Assembly (NCBI GenBank): GCA_031285925.1 | Contig: JAITVG010000147.1 | Location: forward strand, 1-40,188 | Direction of reading: 5' to 3' | Source: Tannerellaceae bacterium | GTDB lineage: Bacteria; Bacteroidota; Bacteroidia; Bacteroidales; Tannerellaceae | DNA: 40,188 nt | Shown: piece by piece, positions 18,204 through 28,600 of the stretch | Numbering within the stretch: position 1 is the stretch's first letter | Layout: each line of letters starts with the position of its first letter | Position numbers and translations under genes: made by a program | Notes under the pieces: generated by a model | What the model was told of the DNA's origin: nothing | Seen by the model: only the letters and a program-made list of their open reading frames with translations | Databases searched by the model: none

Positions 18204-19250
18204 ATGAGTATTATTTCCACAGAAAAAAAACGTCCCCTGCTCGGGATGACATTAAACGAACTGAAAGATGTCGTCGCGAAAACAGGCCTTCCCGCTTATG
18301 CCGCGAAACAGATTGCGGACTGGCTTTACAAGAAGCACGCTACGGATATTTCCGAAATGACTAATATTGCTGCCGACAAACGAACACTTTTAGCTGAAAA
18401 ATATGAAGTCGGCATATACCCGCCCACAGAGTTCGTGAAATCCGTAGACGGAACAGTCAAATATCTATATCGGGTAGGCGGGAAATATTTTGTGGAATCG
18501 GTCTACATACCGGCAGACGACCGAGCAACACTCTGTGTGTCTTCCCAGATCGGCTGTAAGATGAGTTGTATTTTTTGTATGACAGGACGGCAAGGCTTTT
18601 CCGGCAACCTTACGGCCAATGAAATCATTAACCAAATCCGTTCACTGCCGGAATTTGACAAACTTACGAATGTTGTCTTCATGGGTATGGGAGAACCGTT
18701 GGACAATACAAGCGAATTGTTTAAGACCTTGGAAATATTGACTTCTGCCTATGGATACGCCTGGAGTCCTAAGCGTATTACGGTGTCTACCATCGGAGTG
18801 CTTAATGGATTAAAACGTTTCCTTGATGAAAGCGAATGTCATCTGGCAGTGAGCCTCCATTCCCCTTACCCCGAAGAACGCAAATCTCTCATGCCGGCCG
18901 AGAAAGCATTTCCTGCCCATAAGGTACTGGAGTTGATCCGAAAATATGATTTCAGTCATCAGCGGCGCGTATCTTTTGAATACATTGTGTTCAAGGGATT
19001 AAACGACAGTACGCGCCATGCCCTGGCATTGGCCGGACTGCTGAAAGGAATACCATGCCGCGTCAATTTGATCCGCTTCCATGCCATACCGGATATTGAT
19101 CTGGAAAGTTCGGACATGCGACGAATGGACTCTTTCCGCGACATACTGAACGAAAAAGGAATAGTTTGCACGATCCGCTCTTCCCGCGGAGAAGACATCA
19201 TGGCCGCATGTGGAATGCTCTCCACGGAAAAGAACATGAAAAACATCTAA
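18204..19250 (+). CDS. rlmN: 23S rRNA (A2503-C2) / tRNA methyltransferase RlmN
   Basis: SVDGTVKY, TLCVSSQIGCKMSCIFCMTG (radical SAM CxxxCxxC), VFMGMGEPL, LAVSLH and RGEDIMAACGML. Confidence 0.96.
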   Translation: MSIISTEKKRPLLGMTLNELKDVVAKTGLPAYAAKQIADWLYKKHATDISEMTNIAADKRTLLAEKYEVGIYPPTEFVKSVDGTVKYLYRVGGKYFVESVYIPADDRATLCVSSQIGCKMSCIFCMTGRQGFSGNLTANEIINQIRSLPEFDKLTNVVFMGMGEPLDNTSELFKTLEILTSAYGYAWSPKRITVSTIGVLNGLKRFLDESECHLAVSLHSPYPEERKSLMPAEKAFPAHKVLELIRKYDFSHQRRVSFEYIVFKGLNDSTRHALALAGLLKGIPCRVNLIRFHAIPDIDLESSDMRRMDSFRDILNEKGIVCTIRSSRGEDIMAACGMLSTEKNMKNI

Positions 19251-19368
19251 ATGATTTCCCGAAAATCATCTAATTCTTTTCGGAAAACCATCTAAATGAT
19301 TTTTCAAAGCATCTAATTGCTTTTCCCAAGGGAATTAGATGATTTTGACAAGGAGATTAATTCCCTTC
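19244..19368. repeat. 22-bp periodic array (family B, copy 2)
   Basis: Cores CATCTAAATG 19244, CATCTAATTC 19267, CATCTAAATG 19289, CATCTAATTG 19310, and reversed GAATTAGATG 19332. Confidence 0.85.
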
Positions 19369-19377
19369 ATGCGGTTT

Positions 19378-22185
19378 CTATCTCAACTCTATCGGTCCTG
19401 TGATACCCATGGGTTGAAAGTCTTGCCTGCGGGTCCATGCCTGAGCTACCTTATTATTGGGCAACGACTTGAGGTAGTTACCGGTAGTAGTGGTCAGCTT
19501 TATTTGAATGTCGAATACCGGAGCGCCAAGTAATGAATCGGGTATCCGGAAGAGATGGCGGCCATACCAGTGATTACCAAGGCTATGTCCGTTCAGCGTT
19601 ACTTCCGATACGCCGTATACTTTCCCTAAATCAATATAATGATAATCTGCCGGATTATTTACTTTGCTCTTGTAGATGATCTCACCGGCAAAGTCGCGGG
19701 TAGAAGGATCTTCCGACCAGTCGATCGGTTGCACGCCTGTTTTCTGATACTTTCTGCCGTCGATATGATTAAATTCTACATCCCAGGTTAATAATCCGAT
19801 TGGGGCGGAATGTTCTTGAGGGAGTGTTCGAAATTCACCTTCGGTTTGAATGTTGTCGAATACGATCATCTTAGAGGTAGCCGGATTCATAATGATATCA
19901 AACGTTTGTTTACCGTTATCCTTCAAACGGATGCGTTCTCCTGTTTCCATATCCCATAGCCAAGCTTTTTTCTTATCGGCTTCGAGGAAAGTTATTTGCA
20001 TCGGAATACGGTCGGTTGTACTGTAATTGCTTATAAAGTAAATATCTTTTCCTTCACCTTTATGCCTGATCTGACTTACGAACTTATCCGGTTTATCGAT
20101 TTTCATATACGGTTTGATTCCGCATGTTTGTTGAAGCGAAGCGTACCATCCAAGCACATCTTCTCCGGGCGCATCCATTAAGAAAATATTTTCCGGATAA
20201 CTGTCTTTCATCCGGTCTATCAGCCGGTTCACTTGAGAGTCTGCTCCGGAAAAATCTTTCATTCCCGGCGATTTGCAGGGTTCGGATTCGACAAAAACAA
20301 TTTTTCCTCCATTCTTTATAAATGATTCCAGCGCCTGCGCAGTTTCAACACGGATAGATTCTACCTTTAGCAAGATGAGCGTATGGTATCTTCTTTTGTT
20401 ATACTGCAAATATCCTTTTGAAAAGGTGCTGTTTTGTATAATCCCTTCGCTGATGTAATCGCAACTGTTGCCATTCTGATGAATAGCTCCCCAAATTTTA
20501 TATTGGTACTCCGGATAGTGCAGGTTGGGAAACGGATCGCGCACCGTTCCGTATTTTGACCACATGTCAGCCAGCGGATGCATCACTGCTATGTCTGCAA
20601 AGTAATCGGTGTTTTGTAATACAGCGGAAAGGCGGGCTTTATATGCCGTCCATTGCGAGAAATAAGGCCACCACGTATTACGCTCGCTGAGGTAGGTGCC
20701 ATAGCGTATCCATCCCGGAAATTCAGCCTCTTTCGGACTATAATTCCATCCATGCAAAATGGAGTGGGTTACACCGGAAAGATTACTTTGGTCGCCTGTC
20801 AATTTTATTCTTTCCAGCGTAGCATTGAAAACGGCGGATGTATTTGTGATTTCTTCACAACTGACCAGCCTTTTCCCTGAATAATGAACTGCTGAGGCTA
20901 CATATTTATTGACGTTTGTATAGGCGGGACGCTTATACAAATCGGATTCTTTATTGCCGTCTGCCGTCCATATCCAAGTTTCACATTCCGGAATATCAAC
21001 ATTGAAAGAAGCCTCCAGCGGATGGAACTCTCGTCCGTAAGGCTGTACTCTTGATTTAAACCCATGCTTATTACACCATTCGGTGTAAGGTATCAGAAAG
21101 CGATCTTTTACCAAGTCCATGCATACGGTAAAGAAGTCGTACCTTACCCGTTCGATTTCTTCTTTGGCCTCTCCCGATAGTTTGGTAATTTCTGCTCCTC
21201 CTACTGCTTGCCCCATGTGACCTACTTTATACATAATGAAAGGCATGTAGGGTTCCAAATCATATCCGGCGCGTTTTTTAAATTCATCAACAATGTCATG
21301 ACACCAGTTAGCCCCTTCCAATTCCATACTATCGCAGAACATGGCACGGAAGCCTTTTAATCCACGGATAGCCGGAAATAATTTATCAGACATGCGATTC
21401 AGAAATTTATCTACCGCATCCCTGTTGTAATGGTTTAAGACAGGCCCCGACGCTCCCGGCGCACCATTGATAACTGCTTGAAAACCGGTTATTTTCACTA
21501 AAGCATACAAAATATACTCACCTTCGGGTATTTCGATCGTCAGCACATCAACATTCGTGTTAAACGGAATCTCTTTTGCGGGTGAAAATGTACTCATTTC
21601 TAACGGTGCCAGACGTATGCCGTAGAGTTCCATCGTCATGCCGTCGTAACCGGAATGCACTCGGGGGGTCGCTTCGGCCAACAACTCTTTTACGGTGAGT
21701 TCCATGGTTCCTGCTCCTTTTACCTTACGACTGGTTAGAGTCATCAACTGTGTTTGTTCTTCCTTAGTGAGAAATTCCGCACCGAACGGCCATCCCGATC
21801 CAACGATAATATCGCAGATAATTCCTCGCTCTTCGGCGGCTTTCAGCGCAGTTTTTACCATCTCTATCCATTCGGGACTCAGCCATTCGATGGCCGGTAT
21901 ATCCATCGGATCATTTTCGCCGGGAAGTGCAATGGGATTGATTTCCACCCCGCCTATACCTCCGGATTTCATTATATCCAACTGGCGTATAATTTCCTCT
22001 TTCGACAAACGATCTCCGTTCCACCACCAGCGAACAAATGGTTTTGATTCCGGAGGAGGATTCTTAAACAGGGAATATAACTCGTCTGAAGCTATATTCT
22101 CTCCGGACGACAAACGGCAACTATTCATAAACGGAAGCCCTGCCGTTATCAGCATACCGGATTTAATAAATGAACGTCTTTTCAT
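19378..22185 (-). CDS. Glycoside hydrolase, GH106 (alpha-L-rhamnosidase)-like
   Basis: KPFVRWWWNGD, GIGGVEINPI, GSGWPFG, FCDSMELE, DIPECETW and ILHGWNYSP, plus a C-terminal IDLGKV...EVTLNG sugar-binding domain. Leader MKRRSFIK...NSC. Substrate not certain. Confidence 0.7.
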   Translation of the reverse strand: MKRRSFIKSGMLITAGLPFMNSCRLSSGENIASDELYSLFKNPPPESKPFVRWWWNGDRLSKEEIIRQLDIMKSGGIGGVEINPIALPGENDPMDIPAIEWLSPEWIEMVKTALKAAEERGIICDIIVGSGWPFGAEFLTKEEQTQLMTLTSRKVKGAGTMELTVKELLAEATPRVHSGYDGMTMELYGIRLAPLEMSTFSPAKEIPFNTNVDVLTIEIPEGEYILYALVKITGFQAVINGAPGASGPVLNHYNRDAVDKFLNRMSDKLFPAIRGLKGFRAMFCDSMELEGANWCHDIVDEFKKRAGYDLEPYMPFIMYKVGHMGQAVGGAEITKLSGEAKEEIERVRYDFFTVCMDLVKDRFLIPYTEWCNKHGFKSRVQPYGREFHPLEASFNVDIPECETWIWTADGNKESDLYKRPAYTNVNKYVASAVHYSGKRLVSCEEITNTSAVFNATLERIKLTGDQSNLSGVTHSILHGWNYSPKEAEFPGWIRYGTYLSERNTWWPYFSQWTAYKARLSAVLQNTDYFADIAVMHPLADMWSKYGTVRDPFPNLHYPEYQYKIWGAIHQNGNSCDYISEGIIQNSTFSKGYLQYNKRRYHTLILLKVESIRVETAQALESFIKNGGKIVFVESEPCKSPGMKDFSGADSQVNRLIDRMKDSYPENIFLMDAPGEDVLGWYASLQQTCGIKPYMKIDKPDKFVSQIRHKGEGKDIYFISNYSTTDRIPMQITFLEADKKKAWLWDMETGERIRLKDNGKQTFDIIMNPATSKMIVFDNIQTEGEFRTLPQEHSAPIGLLTWDVEFNHIDGRKYQKTGVQPIDWSEDPSTRDFAGEIIYKSKVNNPADYHYIDLGKVYGVSEVTLNGHSLGNHWYGRHLFRIPDSLLGAPVFDIQIKLTTTTGNYLKSLPNNKVAQAWTRRQDFQPMGITGPIELR

Positions 22186-22214
22186 ATCTTTAGTTATAAT
22201 ATAAGAAAAAATAT

Positions 22215-23912
22215 TTAGTGCCTGTCGGCATTAGTGCAATCAATCGTCAGCTTGTTCTTTAAAGGTATCAAGCGGAACACATAATCAGCCGACTGACTGC
22301 CATGCTCTACCGTTCCACCTGTACATGCTATTGTGTAGCGGTATCCCTTAAACTCTGCGTTGATTTTATCCGCCTCAAATGAACGGAAAGGAAGTTCCAT
22401 TTCCGGTGCGGTTTTCAATTCAAGCATCCATCGAAGGTCTTTTTCTTCCGGTTTACAGGATACCTCAAAGCGATCTTCGTAAAAAACAATCCGGAAAAGA
22501 TTCTCTTTTTCGTCTGAACATTCCACTTGTAAAATATCTCGTTCCAACTCTGTTACAACAGGTTGGCTCAGCAATGCTTCCGTACGATTCCCTTCTTTGT
22601 CTGTTCTCAAAATACGCAAGCCTGCCCTGTCATCCACCGTACTCCAAAGGAACCCGTCTACTACCGGAAGTGTGAAATAGAAAAATTGGTTTCCCTCTCC
22701 TGCTTTTTTGTAGTAAGGCGATTCTACATTTTCATCAAACAGATGGATGTCCCGGAAGCGAAACGATCGGCCTTCCCATAACAAATTCGTGCGGTAATAA
22801 CGGCTATTGAACCAAACCGATTTACGTCCTTCGTTTCGTATGTCGGTAAGTGTTGTTACAGCCGTTGGCGGTGTATACGGAAATTGCTCCTTAAACCATA
22901 ATCCGGACGTTTCCAGCGTTTCCAATCTGATTTTCCCGGCTATACGTAACGAATCGAATACCGGGAACTGCATTCCCAGTCCGGTCTTCATGCCGTCCCA
23001 TGTGAAAGAGTTTTCCTGTCCTGCCTGTGCGTAATTGAAAGCAAGACAGGGTTGATCCGTAATGGATTCCAGAAAATAGTCCACCCAATCTTTGTTCATG
23101 CCGGCATGTTTATACACCGGTTCTAAGGAGATAACACCTTGTCTCCTTCTTCCGATCCCTGCATCATACTGATAAATCGGATCGCTACCCAACATCCGGA
23201 ATACCGGCACCGGAATTTGGTTTTCGGTTGTTTGTGCCGGCATATAGGCGTTTACGCGGCTCGGATAATAGGCTTGGTTCCAGTAGCCGCCCCAAAGCGT
23301 ATAGCCATCGGTACCTATCTGGTCTTTACAGTTGCAAGAGGCCACAATGCCGTACTTGTCGTACATATAAGACAGTGTGTGGGAATCAATAAACCACGAA
23401 CCTACGGATTTCGGATAATAGCCATAAATTTCCTTAAATTTAGCCATATACACATCCACCAACAGTTCCCGTTCCTGTGGTGTATATCCTGTGGTGAAAG
23501 CGATATTGGCATGAGAAACCCATGAGTGTTCGCCACGCCATTTGATGCCTGCCGCTTCCACGTGCGGTTGAGTGATTTCCCACCAAGCGCCGATTTCGCA
23601 ATCCGATTGAAGTTGTGTTTTCATTAATTCCTGATAATCCGGATTAATCAATGCATCGTACTGAAACAAAAAAGTAGCCGGAAAACGGTATTTATTTACC
23701 AACATTATTTGCTTCCGTACAGTATCGAATAATAGACTGTCTGCATTTTCTACACGATAATCCGTTTGACGGATAAAATTAATAATATTAATGATTCGCG
23801 GAGCCTCGGAGGCAACGATATTTTCTTTTTGCATACGACCGGAAGCATTTGTGCAACCGGTATGTATGATACACAAAAGTGCTAATAGACAATATGTATA
23901 CTTGTAATTCAT
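22215..23912 (-). CDS. Uncharacterised PUL lipoprotein, possible carbohydrate-active enzyme
   Basis: 565-aa ORF with hydrophobic leader ending TGC, rich in Trp/Tyr/acidic residues, co-oriented between susD and the GH gene. Confidence 0.7.
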   Translation of the reverse strand: MNYKYTYCLLALLCIIHTGCTNASGRMQKENIVASEAPRIINIINFIRQTDYRVENADSLLFDTVRKQIMLVNKYRFPATFLFQYDALINPDYQELMKTQLQSDCEIGAWWEITQPHVEAAGIKWRGEHSWVSHANIAFTTGYTPQERELLVDVYMAKFKEIYGYYPKSVGSWFIDSHTLSYMYDKYGIVASCNCKDQIGTDGYTLWGGYWNQAYYPSRVNAYMPAQTTENQIPVPVFRMLGSDPIYQYDAGIGRRRQGVISLEPVYKHAGMNKDWVDYFLESITDQPCLAFNYAQAGQENSFTWDGMKTGLGMQFPVFDSLRIAGKIRLETLETSGLWFKEQFPYTPPTAVTTLTDIRNEGRKSVWFNSRYYRTNLLWEGRSFRFRDIHLFDENVESPYYKKAGEGNQFFYFTLPVVDGFLWSTVDDRAGLRILRTDKEGNRTEALLSQPVVTELERDILQVECSDEKENLFRIVFYEDRFEVSCKPEEKDLRWMLELKTAPEMELPFRSFEADKINAEFKGYRYTIACTGGTVEHGSQSADYVFRLIPLKNKLTIDCTNADRH

Positions 23913-23939
23913 ATTATAATTATTAAAAGTTCAAGTGAC

Positions 23940-23977
23940 AGAGGAGGGTGTGTCTGACTTTTGACATCCCCTCCTCT
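23940..23977 (-). terminator. Hairpin downstream of susD (stabiliser/terminator; related to the 36824-36961 termini)
   Basis: AGAGGAGGG / CCCTCCTCT arms enclosing TGTGTCTGACTTTTGACATC. Confidence 0.6.
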
Positions 23978-24005
23978 ATTGTATCTGTTTTAAGAAACTG
24001 CTTTA

Positions 24006-25676
24006 TCACCAACCCGGATTGTTCGGTAATAATTTCGGATTGAGTTTGGTTTCATCCAGCGGCAGGGAATTGTAATAATTCTTGGGGGCAACAAATTTGC
24101 GGTTTTCGGCAGGTTCCACAACGTAAAAGCCGTTTTCATCCACTTTTGTTGCTTCCGAATCGCTCAAAACTCCTTCTTCTTCATATTCCGTACCGGTATA
24201 TTTAAACCCTTTAATGGCTTGTACCAATTCTGTTTCCGCCGTTTTCCAGCGTTTCAGATCGTCCCGTCTAAATCCTTCAAAAGCAAGTTCTACGGTACGC
24301 TCACGACGTATTTCGGTCTGCATGTTGAGGCCGTTTTCCGTGACAAACACATTCGTTAGCGGAGGCATTTCCACACCCTTACGCGAACGGATCACATTGA
24401 TTGTGTTGTTCAGTACTTCATCACTGATTGCGCCGTCTTTTTCAAACGTGGCTTCTGCCAGAATGAGCAACACTTCCGCATAACGAATAATGTGGCAATC
24501 GTAGGTCGTCTGATTATTGACGGTTCTGGCTTCGCCGATAAACTTCCAGAGTTTATATCCTGTCTTCGTATTGGGGCGCGAATTGAACAACGGCGAATTG
24601 ACTAACGCGGCATCCTGAGCATTCAGAAACGTTGTGCCCGGCATTAGGAATGTCTGCGTCATGCGTGGATCACGATTTGTATACTCGTCCGCCATTCTGT
24701 CATAGCCCGCGAATCCGGATCCGGGAGCAGTGATGGGCAAGCCGGTACTTTTACACAGATACATATCGGCCATTTTTTTTGTAGGGGAACTCCTGTCACC
24801 CCAATAAGCCTGATGAGATATCCCATGCGTCCGTATATCCGTAACATAGCGATTGGCCAGGATTGATTCGGAATTGTCGTCTCCTTGCTCAATAAACATA
24901 TAGCGGTAACTTTCATCCCCCATCTCTCCCCAGATGGAATATTCTCCGCCGGTTCGTACCGTTTCGGCAGCGACAATGGCCTGGTTTAGCAGTTGTGCGT
25001 AATCCTCGCGATGGCCATGATATTTAGCCCATGTACCGGCAAAAAGCGCTACTCTTGCCTTCAAGGCCAATGCCGCTCCCTGGGTGATACGTCCTTTATC
25101 GGCGGCCGCTACATTTTTCTCTAACGGTAATTTCTGCCAAATTGCCTCCAGCTCAGAAAGGATGAAATCTTCTACAGTTGCCTGTGGAGTCCTTTCACCG
25201 TACAGCTCAGGAGATTCGACATTTAATGTTTTGGTGATGAGTTGAACGTCGTTATACCTTTTCATCAAACGCCAGAGTGTGTATGCCCGGAAGAAGCGGG
25301 CTTCGGCTGCATATACTTCAATCCCCGCCATATCTCCGGCATACGTTTCGGCCTTTTCAATGATCTGATTACATCCACGCAGATCGGCGAAGCGATCGTT
25401 CCAATAGCCACTTTCGGCGTTCGGAGCGATATAGGTGCCACTGCTTACGCTATTCGCACCACCACCGAATGCAATATCGCTTTCATTGTCGTCTGTATTG
25501 AAACTTTCCATTCTGCTGTAGAGATAATTTGCCGCTTTCTGAAAATCGGACGGTGTTTTCCAAAATTGCGGATCGCTCAGATTATCTTTCGGAAGCAAAT
25601 CAATATCCTGACAGCCGGATAGGGCAGCCAGCATAACTATGAGTACTGAAACTGGTGATATTATTTTTATTTTCAT
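24006..25676 (-). CDS. RagB/SusD family nutrient-binding lipoprotein
   Basis: Lipobox LSGC, AEARFFRAY, GRITQGAALALKAR, RDPR, IRYAEVLLILAEA, ERTVELAFEGFR and NPGW end. Start at ATG 25676. Confidence 0.95.
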   Translation of the reverse strand: MKIKIISPVSVLIVMLAALSGCQDIDLLPKDNLSDPQFWKTPSDFQKAANYLYSRMESFNTDDNESDIAFGGGANSVSSGTYIAPNAESGYWNDRFADLRGCNQIIEKAETYAGDMAGIEVYAAEARFFRAYTLWRLMKRYNDVQLITKTLNVESPELYGERTPQATVEDFILSELEAIWQKLPLEKNVAAADKGRITQGAALALKARVALFAGTWAKYHGHREDYAQLLNQAIVAAETVRTGGEYSIWGEMGDESYRYMFIEQGDDNSESILANRYVTDIRTHGISHQAYWGDRSSPTKKMADMYLCKSTGLPITAPGSGFAGYDRMADEYTNRDPRMTQTFLMPGTTFLNAQDAALVNSPLFNSRPNTKTGYKLWKFIGEARTVNNQTTYDCHIIRYAEVLLILAEATFEKDGAISDEVLNNTINVIRSRKGVEMPPLTNVFVTENGLNMQTEIRRERTVELAFEGFRRDDLKRWKTAETELVQAIKGFKYTGTEYEEEGVLSDSEATKVDENGFYVVEPAENRKFVAPKNYYNSLPLDETKLNPKLLPNNPGW

Positions 25677-25695
25677 GACTGTACTTTTTTTTAGG

Positions 25696-28600
25696 TTAGA
25701 AAACAAGATTAAGACCTACTGCATAATTACGGGCGAACGGATACTCTCTGTAAGTACCTCCTTCTTCGGGATCCCACCCGCCGGGTGTATTATGAAACTC
25801 AAATATATCTTCGCCGCTGAAATATATACGAACCCGTTCCAGTTTCGCCTTTTGAGTGATCCGTTGAGGAATAACGTATCCGAGTTGCAGGTTCTTCATC
25901 CTTACATACGCTGCACTGTGCGCCGTATTAGTAGATATGTCATAGTTGTAGTTCTTCCTGGTACCATCGTTCGATATCGCAGGATATCTGGCGTTGGTGC
26001 GCTCGGCAGTCCACGTCTTTCCGTACCAGTATTCCGGTGACTGGTACCATTCGGCGGCAAACGGCTTATTGTTTTCGTCCTGAAGGAACATGATACGTTT
26101 ACCTACTCCTTGAAAGAACATACTTAAATCAAAACCCTTCCATTCCATCCGGATGTTCATACCAAAATTGAACCGTGGGTTGGTATTGCCCAGATAGACC
26201 AAGTCGCCTTCTCCATCGGCAAATGCCGTCAGATTACCGTCGCCGTTCAGGTCTTTGTATTTCGCATCACCCACCTGTATCCGTCTATCCTGTATGGTTC
26301 CGCTATTGGGGAAGAGGGCTTTATAGTCGGAAAGTTCCTGTTCGTTCTGAATGATACCGTCGAATACATAGCCAAACCAGGAATCCATCGGATAGCCTAC
26401 AGGTGTCCCGTTGTTCCCTTTATTGATCAGAGAAGTCCCGATCCTGCTGACCACTTTATTTTGAGCATCGCTCACATTCGCAGTGATCGAATAGTTAAAT
26501 TCACCGATCCGGTCTCTCCAGCCAAGAATCGCTTCCCAGCCGTGAATTTCCAGTTTTCCACTGTTGGTCGATGGAGCGGAAATTCCCAATACGGAAGGAT
26601 ACGTTACGGGAATCAACATATTATTGTTATTCTTCCAAAAGTAATCGAACGATCCGTAGAGTCTGTCTTTGAGAACGCTGAAGTCTACACCCACATTTGT
26701 TGAAACAACAGTTTCCCATGTACGTGCAGAGGAAACCAAATTAGCCTGTTTGGCCATCTGTCCTTTTGTATTGGTTCCGAACGGATAGTAATCACCGCTA
26801 ATATTTATCAACGAGATATAATCGTAATAGCCTATGCCCGATTGATTACCCATTTCTCCATAGGAAGCTCTGAACTTAAGGTCGTTGAAAATATTCAGCG
26901 ACTTGATCCACTCTTCGTCGCCGATACGCCATGTCGCACTCGCTCCCGGGAAATATCCCCAGCGTGCATCCGATGCAAACCGGGACGATCCGTCGCCGCG
27001 CAAGGTAGCCTCAATAAAATACTTGCCTGCGAATCCGTAGTTGAGTCTTGAGAAGAAAGAGTTGATGGTCCATGCGTTACCTTCACCGGAAGCATTCTGG
27101 TCTTGGGGACTGCCCAGATTGATCGGCATGTGTTCCTGTTGGTCGAAATTGATACGTCTTGCCCAGAATCGGTCATAATCGGCAGATTCGTGAGAGGTAC
27201 CGAGCATTACGCCGAGATCGTGTTTCTCTTTAAACAATTTTTTGTACTCCGCATAGAGTGTGAAGTTTTTGGAGAGCGTTTTGGCATAATTACGTTCGGC
27301 GCTATTCGGGAAACGGTTTCTCCCGGAGTTTTCATCGAGCCAGTTATTATAATAAATACCTTTCATCACACGGTATTCATCAGTGTCGCTTTTCCGTATG
27401 GTAGCACGCCCGATCAGATTCAGTCCGTCTACAATCTTCCAGGTTAGAGAGTTGTTGAATGCAAAATTTCCCGATATTCGTTGTGCTTCGCCGCCTTCCA
27501 CTAATGCCTGTGCGGGATTGACAAATCCCTCGAACGTATAGAACCGGCCGGCCGGATTGTACATGGGAGCCCAGGTTCGCGTTTTGTATATCAGTTCCCA
27601 AACACTTTGCCCCAAATCCTTGTTGATGGCCGAAGAATAGTTTCTGTTACCCGCATCATACGATACATTGAGATCGTAGTTCAGGTTTTTGGATATTTCC
27701 ACATTTGATTTCAGGCGTACATAATAACGCTGGTTCAAATCCTTTCCGTAATTAAGCAATCCATCCTCACGCTGGTGTCCCAATGAGATCAGATAGGTGT
27801 ATCTTTCTCCACCTCCGGAAATGCCTACGTTGTATGTTTGAAGATTTCCGTTACCGATCATCATCTCGTTCCAGTCTTGATTCTTGTAGAACTTCGGTTC
27901 GAGGTGGTTCCATCGTCCCCACGGCGTACCAGGGAGTATTACGTCATTGCTGCCCTGCCGTATTTTCTCCAATTCATCTTCCGTATATTCTGTACGGAAG
28001 GAACCGTCGGTAATTTCGAGCGCCATTTCGGCATGTTGCAACAGACTGGCCGGTTTTCTCAGTAAAGCAGGTGTTTTTACCGAATAAGACGCATCGAAAG
28101 TAACTTGCAGTTTCTGGTTTTTATTCGCATTTTTTGTTGTAACCAGCACCACACCGTCGGCGGCACGCGCCCCGTAAATGGCGGCCGTTCCGTCTTTCAG
28201 TACGGATATGTTCTCAATATCGGCCGGATTGATTGTACTAAGGTCTCCCTCCGCTCCATCAATCAAGATCAGTGGAGAGCCTCCGTTAACAGACGAACGG
28301 TCGCGAATGCGCATCACAATGTTTTGATTGGTAGGGTCGCCTCCCTGACGTATGATTGTCAGTCCCGGAATTTCCCCCATCAATGCACTCTGGGCGTTTT
28401 GTACCGGGCGGGATTCGAACACCCGCGAGTCGGCAGTAGCAACGGCTCCTCCCAGGTTCGCTCTTTTAACAGTTCCGTAACCGATCACAACCACCTCGTC
28501 CATGATCTGTACATTTTCTTTCATCGAAACGTTGATTACCTGACGGTTGCCTGCGGATTCTTCCATAGTCAGATAACCGATATAAGAAAATTGTAATACG

